Assembly: GCF_018350175.1 (NCBI RefSeq)
Contig: NC_058383.1
Span: 992,001-1,056,000 of the forward strand
Source: Felis catus
Taxonomy: Eukaryota
Length of the DNA: 64,000 bases
Reading direction: 5' to 3'
Part shown: in pieces, positions 35,481 through 46,200 of the stretch
Numbering within the stretch: position 1 is the first letter of the stretch
Layout: every line of letters starts with the position of its first letter
Made by a program: the position numbers and the translations under genes
Notes under the pieces: model-generated
Told to the model about the DNA's origin: nothing
Databases searched by the model: none
The model's input: only the letters and a program-made list of their open reading frames with translations

Positions 35481-38394
35481 TCTCGTGAGGACGAGACCCA
35501 GAAGGGCTTCATAAGTGTCTCAAAGAAACCTACTGCCCAGGCACGGGCAGGGGCTCCCGGCTTCCCCCAGCTCGGCTAAGCAGAGAAAATGCACGAAAGG
35601 CAGTGTGGGCGGTGTCGCCCGCCTGCCCCCCCCCCCCCCGCTAACCCCTCCCCCAAGCAGCGCACCGGCCGGGCTGTGCTTCCCACCAACGACGGGCTCT
35701 GACGCTTGGCAGCCACGTCGCTCGGGGTCCCAACCGTGAGCCGAGTCCCGCTGGCTGCCCTGCGAACCCCTTGGATGGACACGCGCTCTCCCTGTGGCAG
35801 CCACGGGAAATGGGGGCCCAGCCGTCCGGGACCGTGCCGGCGTCTGGTGAGGCAGGCCGCCTGGTGACGGAAGGACCCCACCCGAGGACAAGGACGACAG
35901 AAGGCGGGTGTCCAGCATCATGCAGCTCCAACCACACCCCCCTGCACCCCCACTTTACCCAGGGTCATGGGGCGGCTGACCGCAGAGGGAGAAAGCAGGG
36001 CCTGGCAATTCAGAGACTGGGCGTCCTCCCTCCGGGGTGCTGCGTTGCACCTCAGGGGTCCCTCTGCGGGTGGGGGCACAATTCTTTGTCACAGAGGAGC
36101 AGGGCTGGCAGGGGTGGGGACGTGGGGAAGGTCGACCGCCGCACGCAGACAGCGCTGGACCTGGAGCACCTGGGAATGAGGGTGAGGGTTCCCGGGGTCC
36201 CCTCAGCCAGGCAGGCCTCCTGGCTTTACTACATGTCTGTGCTCTGCACCATGCCCGTTACCGAGCTGCATCTGCAAATTTAACTAAATGAAAGCTGACC
36301 AGACTTGATTTCCTTTGACGTTTCCCTATCATCCCATCCTGGGGACGGACAGAAAAACCTGCAAACGAGTCCAGTTCAGCACTGAGACCATCCTGTTACA
36401 GGGCACCAGCCACGTGGGAAGCACGCTGTGTGCCAGTGAGGACCCTGGGCCTCAGAGTGGCCAGACTGAGGCTTAGGCCACCGTGCCTGAGCTCAGGCTT
36501 CTCACGCGGGCAGCACTGGGTGCTCGGCGAGGGTTACATGGGCCAGCGGATGCAACACGCTCAGCGCTTAGCAAATGAAGCCTCGCGTGAACGCTCTGTA
36601 AGGGGAGATTTTTAAATTCACAGGAAGTCCCCACGCATTACAAGACGTCCGCGAGATGCTCTCATCCCTGGCCACGCAAACGCCAGCTCGGGTTCAGTGG
36701 ACTGAAACCCTAAAAGCAGGGTTCTGTCCCTTATGCTAAGTAGTCGCGAGGGCCGACAGGTGACCACCTCTGGTGCCCTGAGACCTGGCAGCCCCAGGCT
36801 CGTCCGCGTCAGCGGGCCGGCCTCAGGGCCCTCCAGCTCGCTGTGAACTCAGCAGGGCGCGCAGAGGGGACCCCCGGAGCTACCGGGAGGTCCTCCCGGG
36901 CCACGGGGCCCAGTGGGACCGCGGGCCAGCAGGCCACGGGCTGGGGCGAGCAGTCCGCGGCTGTTTTTACGTGACGTGTCTTGGCTATTTCAAGGCTTAG
37001 GTTTTTATTTTATTTATTTACTTTTAACTCAAGAAGAAGTTTTAACTTTCTCATGACCCATTTCTTTCAAAATGGTGTCCTTGGGCACTTGCAGCGTCGC
37101 AATCGTGCGAGGGAGCGGCCGGCTGAAGTAGGTCTCAGCTCACAATGGCATCCGCGATGTCACGATGTCATTCAAAACTGTAAGAAGCTAACAGATCAGG
37201 ATCATGGCTCGATCCTAAGTCGGAAACAACGCTGGGTGTTAAAGATTTATCCCAAAGAAATTTAACACAGCATTCTCTGTTGATAAACGTGTATATTTCC
37301 CAAAACAAATATCTGAAAGATGTGAAGCTATGATCATTCAAAACACCTTCAAGCTCGTTTGAAACAGGCTCTGTAAAAACAGACCGTGAAGGGGGGCCAC
37401 GCTAGCCGCCACCGTGCAGGTGACCGGAGGGGCGCCCAGTGCCGACGACCCGCGGGCCGCCAGACGCCTCCGTTTCCAGCCTGAAACCAGCCTCTCTCCC
37501 CTCCGGGAGGAGCACACGGCAGCCTCCACGGTGCCAGCTGCTGCCATCTGGTTCATTCACGCTCAGAAATACGAAAGATGGCCCTCAGTTTTCAATCTCA
37601 CAACTTCGAAAGGACTTAAAAAGAAAAAAGCCACCAAGAGGGAGGTACGAGATCAACGAAAATGTGATGTCCCTGACAACCGCATTAGCTGGTGCATGCA
37701 GCCAGGGCCCGCAGGTCCTAGAGGCCCTCCAGACCCGACGCGCGCGCCTGGGAACGCGCCTGGGGACGGGGCGGCTCTGCCAGCCTCTCTCCAGGCCGCC
37801 GGGGTGCCGGGAGACAGCAGCTACTCGCGGGGCGGTCAGGCCCTGGGACTGGGGACCGAGGCCACCCCCTCCCCCCCCCGCACAAGGGCTGTGGCCGTGG
37901 CTGGTCACAGAGCCTGCAGGGCAGGTGCACTCCGGCGGTTTCCAGAGTAAAGGGAAGGAGAGAGAGGAGACACGATTCATCCCCACGGCAGAGAAACCAC
38001 TCTGCTTCCTAACGTGCTTGCCCCAAATACCTGCTATATCTTACGTTTAAATTTCTTTCTGCAAATGCCTTTGTGAAATTCCTAGGTTAAATTCTCTGTA
38101 TAATCTGCACACTACTCTGTAGGTTCAGGAAATTTACCGTTTAGTTTTAAAAACAAGCAAGGGTATTTAAGTTCCAGTAGGTGACGATGGGTCATCACCT
38201 AAAAGGTATATAAAACCTACTTAACGATGCTTTCAAACTCAAGAAAGCCGAATCAGCGGGTGAGGAAAAGCAGTTAAGTCTGGAAACTTCCATAAAAATG
38301 CATGGTGGGCCTGGGCTCACTGCCACGGCGTGGGCGAAAAGTAGCCGGCAAAAAAATGGTTAACGCCGGCCTCCTCGGGAGGCCGTCCAGCAGG

Positions 38395-38702
38395 CCACAA
38401 TGGGCGGCCCTGGGAAGCCTATAAAGCCAGCGGTGCCTCCGAGTCCGCAGCAATGACGGGCGTTCTGGCCGGTCGGCCTCGTGCCCCAGGCAGGCGTCCC
38501 CTTGCAGGACCACCGCTCCGGCATTCTTCGACGGGGGGAAGCGAGGCCAGAATCCCCGCCACCCGAGGGAGAGTCTCGGCCGTACCTCCAGCCTGCCGGG
38601 AGTGCACCCGCCGAGGCCGGCCGACAAGCCCTCCCAGGGACACGAGAAGGGCCTGCGCAGAGCCGGCCTGGGCTGGGGTGGGCGGCTGCATCGCAGGTGA
38701 GT
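38395..38702 (+). promoter_or_regulatory. Candidate GPER1 TATA-containing promoter and non-coding first exon
   Basis: TATAAA at 38420-38425 within a CpG-rich block, preceded by caatggg/gggcgg and followed by a perfect donor CAG|GTGAGT at 38696/38697, about 2.3 kb upstream of the 40964 acceptor. Confidence 0.5.
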
Positions 38703-39189
38703 CTCGGTCCCGGGTTCCCGGTTCTGCGTTCGGGTCGGTGCTGCGGTGGGAGTCCGCGGACCCGCCGTGCAGCCTCTTCCATCACGGGAGGGGAGACCGA
38801 GGGCGGGCCCGGCTCGGTGGGCCCGCGTCAGGTGCGGCACGCTGTGGTCACAGCTGGACGCAGATGGGGGCACACAGGCCACCCTGCGGTGAGAGAGGCA
38901 CCGAGGCTACAAAGCCTCTACTCCGCACACGAACCCGCACCTGGCTCAGTCCCAGCGGGGCTGCGGGGTGGAGGCTTTGCAAAGGTCCTTTCTGTAACGC
39001 GTGCCCAGCGCGGCAGTCCCCCGACTCCCCGGCGCTCTGTCGCTAGGTTGGTCAAGCGAGGCCCTGCCTCCGGTTAGGACGTTAGCCAGTCAACGAAAAC
39101 GCTTGCCCGGCGACACGGCCGGGTGGACCGGTGTTCCTTCACAAAGATACACACCCAGCTGGCCTGACAAAATGTGGTTTTAGTTTTCT

Positions 39190-39408
39190 TTTTTTTTTTT
39201 TAATTTTTTTTAATGTTTATTCATTTTTGAGACGGAGCATGAGCTGAGGAGGGTAGAGAGAGAGGGGGGAGGGGGAACGGGGAGACACAGAATCCCAAGC
39301 AGCATCCAGGCTCCGAGCTGTCAGCCCAGAGCCCGACGCGGGGCTCAAACCCACGAACTGCGACATCGTGACCAGAGCCGAAGTCGGACGCCCAACCGAC
39401 TGAGCCCC
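39190..39408 (-). mobile_element. CAN-SINE (felid type), antisense, with perfect 15-bp TSD
   Basis: Poly-T tail, gagacacagaatcccaagc body and cccaaccgactgagcccc head. TSD tggttttagttttct at 39175-39189 and 39409-39423. The head lacks about 10 nt of the usual GCGCCTGGGT. Confidence 0.95.
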
Positions 39409-40934
39409 TGGTTTTAGTTTTCTAGAGCTGGACAGGCAGTGGAAACTCGAACCAAAACGAGACCACAATGACACTCGCCTTTACACATCCACAGTCCACC
39501 TTCGCGAGGGTGCTGTGTCAGTAGCCAGCTCATACTCGTTCCCGCGTCCCGTCATTACAGCACGGTGACAATAAGAGTATTTGTCAAGGATCAGCGGGTT
39601 CACGTGCGTGGGAAAGGCGCAGAGGACTCACTTTAAAACTGCCGCGCAGCCTATGTCGACGACGACGGGAAGCGCGCGCCGAGGGCCCCTCACCGTGTCT
39701 TCCTCTGAAGACGGTCGGAAGCGGCCCAGGTTTCCGTGCTTAGAGAGCCAAACAAGCGCTCTGCGTGCTCCTTACAGACAAGTTACCGAGAGAGGCTTTA
39801 AACGCTAGACATTCATGAGGTCCACGCTGGCATTATCTGCTACACACGACACAACACAGAGCACAGACGTCTCCACTCCCGCCGAGCAAAGCTGGCCGAA
39901 CGCTTCTCGATCACTATCTGACCTGAAGGCCGAGACTGGTCTTTCTCTGCTCTGCTTTTCGGGGTTTCCTTTGGAGCAAGACTTCTGAGCAGGGGTTCAG
40001 TGAGCGTCTAGTCTGGTTGGGCGACACTTCGAAAGTGATCCCCGACCGTCTCACAGGGTCAAGCAAAAATCCTAGGGAGAAAGACAACTCAAGGCCGTTT
40101 TAACGCGCCAGGGCCGGCTTCCTCGGCCTCTGTGGGGGCCCCCGGCCCCGGGAGGCCGGGAGCACCCCCAGCGGTGGCGGCCCAGACACGGCCGCCGACA
40201 GCACTCCCCTCCCTTCCCCCCGACTCTCGGGCCGAGCCGGGTCGCGGTGGGCGGCCTCGGACATGAGACCTGTGGGCGGCTGAGGCTTTTTTAACGCAGT
40301 TTCTAGGTTACAGACATCACTGCAGAAACGTACTCGCTGTTTCAGGTAGTTTATCAAAACGCTGAGTGAACACTATTTCCTAAACCAAGGACTGTTTTCG
40401 GTCCTTCGGGTCATATCACGAAGAAAGTTCCATGTGGGGGCACCCGAGCGTGGGGAGCAGGAAAACCTAGATCTGTTTTCTGTCGCATCGTGAGAGACTC
40501 TCCTCCAGCTTCCTCCAAGCACCCTGGGCCCGCCGTCTTCACAGACGCTGGGTTTTTCCCTTCCCATCTTGGTCCTCCTTCCAACAGCTGCCGAAATAAA
40601 TTTGATTTCCTCTGCTGGCAGATAGTACTTTTCCTGAGAGTTCCAGACCCAACGGCCGCGTTACTTCATAAGCCTGCTATTTGGCTATTTTTAAGAAAGG
40701 CGTCCACCGCGCTTTAGCATGACTCACCGCCCAGGCTCCGGTTCGGACTGAGCGGCCCGGGAGCCCTGGGGACAGAAAATGGGGCACTTTCTGCACTTAA
40801 CTCCTCTCCCTCAGCTCAGTGACAACCAAATCTCCGAGACGCCAGGACCTCACGTCCCACCCCACCCGTCCCCCCGGGCCACCCGCCGCCACGGCGTCCG
40901 TCCTGGCGGAGAGCCATGAAGACTCGAGTCACAG

Positions 40935-40964
40935 ACTCACCGCTCTTCTGTCTCTTTCTCTCAG
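40935..40964 (+). other. GPER1: Splice acceptor of the GPER1 terminal exon (5' UTR plus CDS)
   Basis: actcac branch-like motif, then cgctcttctgtctctttctctcag|gt; the exon would start at 40965. Confidence 0.75.
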
Positions 40965-41288
40965 GTGTGCGGGTGGTGAGAGCCACCCGGCGGGCCTGAC
41001 CGCAGCGGCCGCCGCCCCCCAGGGGCCCAGGCGAGGCGCCGCCCGTGGTGTGGACATGGAGGGCCTTTTCCGGCTGCCCGGCTGCCCGCGGAACAGACCC
41101 GCGCCGCCTCCAGTGCTGCCCGGGAGGAGTTCGGATTTTGCAAACGCCTGGCTCACTTCACAGAGCATCGCCTGTCTTTCCGGAGACGGACTGACTGTTC
41201 ACGTCGGGTTTCTGTGAGCCGTGCGGCAGACCTTGACAGCTGTGCCCCCGGGGACACGGACGAGACGCCCCCAGCGCCCATCTCTGGC

Positions 41289-42368
41289 ATGGAGACGCAC
41301 GCGGCCGCTTACAATGGCACCTCCCCGGAGCTCAACCTGTCCCGCACGCTCCCCGGCAGCGTCCTGGCAAACCAGACGGGCGAGCTCTCCGAGCACCAGC
41401 AGTACGTGATCGGGCTTTTCCTGTCCTGCCTGTACACCATCTTCCTCTTCCCCATCGGCTTCGTGGGGAACATCCTGATACTGGTGGTGAACATCAGCTT
41501 CCGGGAGAAGATGACCATCCCCGACTTGTACTTCATCAACCTGGCGGCGGCCGACCTCATCCTGGTGGCCGACTCCCTGATCGAGGTGTTCAACCTGGAC
41601 GAGCAGTACTACGACATCGCCGTGCTGTGTACCTTCATGTCCCTCTTCCTGCAGATCAACATGTACAGCAGCATCTTCTTCCTCACGTGGATGAGCTTCG
41701 ACCGGTACCTCGCCCTGGCCAAGGCCATGCGCTCCGGCCCGTTCCGCACCAAGCACCACGCCAGGCTGAGCTGCGGCCTCATCTGGATGGCCTCCGTCTC
41801 GGCCACGCTGGTGCCCTTCACCGCGGTGCACCTGCAGCACACGGAGGAGGTCTGCTTCTGCTTCGCGGACGTCAAGGAGATCCAGTGGCTCGAGGTCACC
41901 CTGGGCTTCATCATCCCCTTCGCCATCATCGGCCTGTGCTACTCGCTCATCGTCCGGGTTCTCGTCAAGGCTCACAAGCACCGAGGCCTGCGCCCCCGGA
42001 GGCAGAAAGCCCTCCGCATGATCTTCGCCGTGGTCCTCGTCTTCTTCATCTGCTGGCTGCCCGAGAACGTGTTCATCAGCGTTCACCTGCTGCAGCGCAC
42101 GCAGCCGGGAGCCGCTCCCTGCCAGCAGTCTTTCCGCCACGCCTACCCCCTGACCGGCCACATTGTCAACCTCGCGGCTTTCTCCAACAGCTGCCTGAAC
42201 CCCCTCATCTACAGCTTCCTGGGGGAGACCTTCAGGGACAAACTGAGGCTGTACATCGAGCAGAAAACCAGCGTGTCGGCCCTGAACCGCTTCTGCCACG
42301 CTGCCCTGAAGGCGGTCATCCCGGAGAGCACCGAGCAGTCAGACGTGAAGTTCAGCAGCGCGGTGTAG
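41289..42368 (+). CDS. GPER1: G protein-coupled estrogen receptor 1 (GPR30), single coding exon; 359 aa from the first in-frame ATG, 370 aa if the ACG at 41256 is used
   Basis: Recognisable GPER1 sequence TSPELNLS...[34 protein letters not shown] (SFDRY), CWLP, NPLIY and C-terminal PDZ-binding SSAV. Confidence 0.98.
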   Translation: METHAAAYNGTSPELNLSRTLPGSVLANQTGELSEHQQYVIGLFLSCLYTIFLFPIGFVGNILILVVNISFREKMTIPDLYFINLAAADLILVADSLIEVFNLDEQYYDIAVLCTFMSLFLQINMYSSIFFLTWMSFDRYLALAKAMRSGPFRTKHHARLSCGLIWMASVSATLVPFTAVHLQHTEEVCFCFADVKEIQWLEVTLGFIIPFAIIGLCYSLIVRVLVKAHKHRGLRPRRQKALRMIFAVVLVFFICWLPENVFISVHLLQRTQPGAAPCQQSFRHAYPLTGHIVNLAAFSNSCLNPLIYSFLGETFRDKLRLYIEQKTSVSALNRFCHAALKAVIPESTEQSDVKFSSAV

Positions 42369-43247
42369 AGACGGCGGAGCCGGACCGGCGGAGCCCAAAC
42401 GCTGAGTCGGCCCCGCGGCCAGGCGGAGGAAGGGCTGGGCCGCACGCCACGGCCTGAGCCCGGTCGGAACGTGCCGGACCGTCCGTGCCCCAGCTGCGGG
42501 CACACCCGGGCTCCGAGGAGCCCTCGCCGCCAGCCACCTTGACTCTGGGCCGTGCGCACAGCGCCGGGGCTCCCCACCCCCGCTCACGGCGGCAGCTCGC
42601 GGCGCTGGCGGCTGGGCACGGGGACCAGCGTGGGCTCACCCTCCACTCCACACCCACTGTGTCCTGCAGCAGAAGACGTGTCTCACACCGGCCAATGAAA
42701 GCAGAAAGAAGGGGACGCTTTGGAGGAAATCCCTCAGTTTCGAGGTCGATCCGCCGTAAGTCTGCCACCCTCGGGAAAAAGAAGTCTGGACAGAACACGC
42801 TGGGCAGATCTGACTTGGACGGTGTGGTCCGTTCTCCACGTCTGCGGCACGTGGCTTCCGTGTGGTGCAGACAAGTATGCTCGGGCGAGACAGGAACGGA
42901 GAAGCCCTTCTCCCGGCAGCCCGCTCAGAACAGCCGCTCGCCGTCACCGGCTAAGTGACCCTGAGCACCCGAGCTGCCTCTGCCAGAAAGTTCTTCTCCA
43001 ACCAGGGACGCCGCTGCTGTCTGGGTCGCCGGCCCACCGCTGCCCGTTTATGGTGTTACCTGCACCCATGCCACCACGGATCGAGACCGCGAGGGGCAGG
43101 TGGGGGGGGGGGGTGGAGCCAGCGTGCGCGGTACAAAGCTGGCCTCTGGGAACAACGGTGGGGGCGAAGATGAAGGCAGTGTAAACCGTTCGCCCTAAAA
43201 TGTAGAAGAGAAAACCTCGCGACCGCCAGGAACGGTGAGGCCTTGTC

Positions 43248-43253
43248 AATAAA
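43248..43253 (+). terminator. GPER1: Polyadenylation signal of GPER1
   Basis: AATAAA about 880 nt after the stop codon, followed by GT-rich sequence (tctgggttgtt). Confidence 0.7.
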
Positions 43254-46200
43254 ACATAGTCATGTGCTGATTCTCAGTGCTCTGGGTTGTTCCCCGTGGA
43301 TGGGGGGAGGGGGCGGGCTGGGGCCCCGGCAGCGCAGTCGGTCTTTCCTCATGAGGAAAACACACACCTGGGGCTCACCGCCCATCCTCACTCACGAGGT
43401 CAGCATCAACGTCCGGTCACCCGCACGCACCCGGCATCTCTAAGATGTCAGACACTGCCGCACAACCTCCAGGGGCCAAAGTGAGCTTTACTGCAGACGG
43501 ACCACATGCCCTGGCTCTTCCAGAAGGTTCTGTACTGTCCGCATCAGGCGTGGAGTCTGTAGTAGCTCAGGGTGCTCCTGAGGCAGCTCGGTGGGGGTGG
43601 CTTCCCGTCCTCTGACACGGGCCAGCCTGGGGACCCCGTCCTCTAATGCGCACAAGCTACGGCCCCTGCCTTCCAACGTGGCTGAGGCCAGAGGGGCCCC
43701 GTCCGTCCATGCTGCCTGGGGAGCCGTGGCTTCCAATGCGGGCTATGACTGGGGACCCCCGGCCTCCAGTGCGGGCTGGGGTTGGGGGCCCCCGGCCTCC
43801 AGTGCGGGCTAAGCCAGGATCAAAGTGAACCCTACTCCTCCTGCCCCACATACTCCACCCAGGGGACCACCTCCCCAGAAAAGTGGGGCCCTCAAGGACC
43901 TTCACACAGGCAAGGCTTCCCGAAGGAGAGGTGAGACAGTGGTTAGGTAACAGGAAAATGAGCCATTGTAGTTTAAATGGGTTTTATGGGTGCAAATCAC
44001 CAAGAGAGAGAGGATCCGTCCCAAGTAAATATTTTCAGTGACCAACTGTGACCTCGCAGAAATGCCGTCTCCAGCACCGAAGTCCCACTTAAGACTCACT
44101 TTCTAAATAAACATCCCAAACGCAGGACAGGAAGACCGACCGACAGCTGGGGACGGTTCCCACGAACCAGCAGGTCAGGCGTGTGGAACACCACCGTGGG
44201 GTTGCCGCATGAGCCGGCCCGCGGCGCTGTCCCAGAACACCCACCCTACAGCCACGGTGAGGGTGAGCCGGTGATCTAGATGCCGGAGTAACTTCCAGGG
44301 AAGAGTCCTCCCTCCGCCCTCCGCCTCCCCAGAACCCGCAAAAGTCACAAGTCCGCAAAGGGCACAGACACGCCGTTGACACACCTCGTCCTCTAAGAGC
44401 CGGGAGGGGGTCTAAGATGCCTTCCCTCCTGCGTCCTCAGAGCTCTCTGTGAACAGCTTCTCGGGGGGGGGGGGGTCTGCCCCCCCCCCAGGGCCCAGCT
44501 GGGGCAGAAGGCACTGCCCAAGCCCCTGGCCTTCATTCCCTGCTCATCACCAAGTCCCCCCTTTGGCCCCAGTGCTGACGACTCCCAGTTGCAGAGCCAA
44601 GGCACAGACGGGTGCCCCAGCCTGGAGCGTCTGAGACGTGCAAGGGGCTCATCAAATATGCACCGTTCCCAGCGTGACGAGCGGTGAGGGACAGGTGCTT
44701 GACGGAGCGCAGGGCTGGGAGACCCATGCTGTCTGGCCGTGGTGCTCGAGGACGGGTGGGGAGACGGACGACACACTGGGGAATAAGGCCAGGCCTCATC
44801 TCCGATCCTGCCAAAAAACCCACGATGTACACACTGCCCCCGTTACCCAGAGTCCTGAACCGCTCAAAATCTTCAAGGGTAACGACGTAGCCAGGAACCG
44901 ACGCCCAGCCCCGGTCTCCAAAACCCACATCCCTTCCTCTACGGCACCCGAGGATCAAGAGGTCAGTCAAAGTCACAGGCTCGACCCTGTCCAGACGGGA
45001 TGTTCTGGGCAGGAAGGAGCAGAAGGGAGATCCCTTCCAAAGACCTCTGGGCAGGAACCGTGTCTGAGCAAAGCCCCAAAGCATCGGTCAGAGGGGCCTC
45101 CGTCCTCGTGGCAGACACCCCGTGAAAGCTGGGAGAGGCTGGCCCTGCGCCCGGAAGCCAACTCTTGCTCCCGAACGGCCCCTCAACGGGCCTTTTGCGC
45201 TGGCGCTTGACCGAGGCACAGGTCCAACGGGGTCAGACACAGCTCCTACCTCTAACCTCTGGAAGCTGTGTCCAGATGTGGAAGCTGGCAGCAGAACTGA
45301 GGGCCCACTGGAGAGTCACTGGAAGCAGAAGTGCAAGGTAGAGGTCCCGACTTCACAAGAAGGAACCCTTACTGCGCCGGAGGCCGGACAGGCGGCCTCT
45401 GGAGCCTCTTGTGAGCCGGTGCCAGGGAGACAGTGCAGAGACGGCAAAGCCAGGCAGGCTCTGTGCGCAGGCTACCCGGCCCCTTCGAGCACAGCCCCTT
45501 TGCGAAGCATTTGCTCGGGAGCAGAGGCCGATTTAATTATTTTGTCAGGACCGCCACAAGATAAAATCAAGGCGTGGGATTGCTTTGTTGTTTCCTGGTA
45601 ACCCAGCTCTCCCGGCTACTCAGGCCCTGCAACCCCAGCAAGGGCTCACAAGGGCCGAGCCGGGAGCCGGCGCTGGCACCGAGTGCGATTTCCTAATTCT
45701 CTTTGTGCTTAATAACTGACCCTTGATCACGACCGTGACGCTTCCCAGACCCCGCATCCCCTTGGAGGGGTGGAGGCACCATGACCGCGTCACCGGTGTG
45801 TGTCCCCTCGTCTTCCGATGCGGCGTGGCCGAAGCGATCCTGAAACTTTCACACGTATTATGGGTCGTGCGTGTTCGCCAGTGAACCCAGAGCGGTTCTC
45901 GGGTGGGCAGTGGGAGGTGCAACGCGGAAGGGAGAAGGGGCAGGCAAGAAGGGCCTGAGGGGGATGGAACCGCGGGCGGCCAGCGAACCCCGAGATCTCT
46001 GAACTGAGAACACGTGCAGGAGGGCACGTGGGACCGTGTGTGCGTGTGGGCGGGCATGTCACACGCACCCCGGCTCCACCTGCTCAAAGGGGCAGAAAGG
46101 GCCTGAGCGGCTGGGGGCCCGCCGATACCCAAGCCCTCCCCCCAGGAGAAGCCGGGCTCCCCAGATAAGCAGCCGACCCGGCCCGAACAAGCCTTGCCAC

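Noticed and set aside
41214..41288. Computed 384-aa GPER1 ORF starting at GTG 41214
   Set aside because: The upstream part corresponds to 5' UTR; homology to ortholog N-termini begins at 41256.
41199..42299. 366-aa antisense ORF over GPER1
   Set aside because: Same codon-bias artefact.
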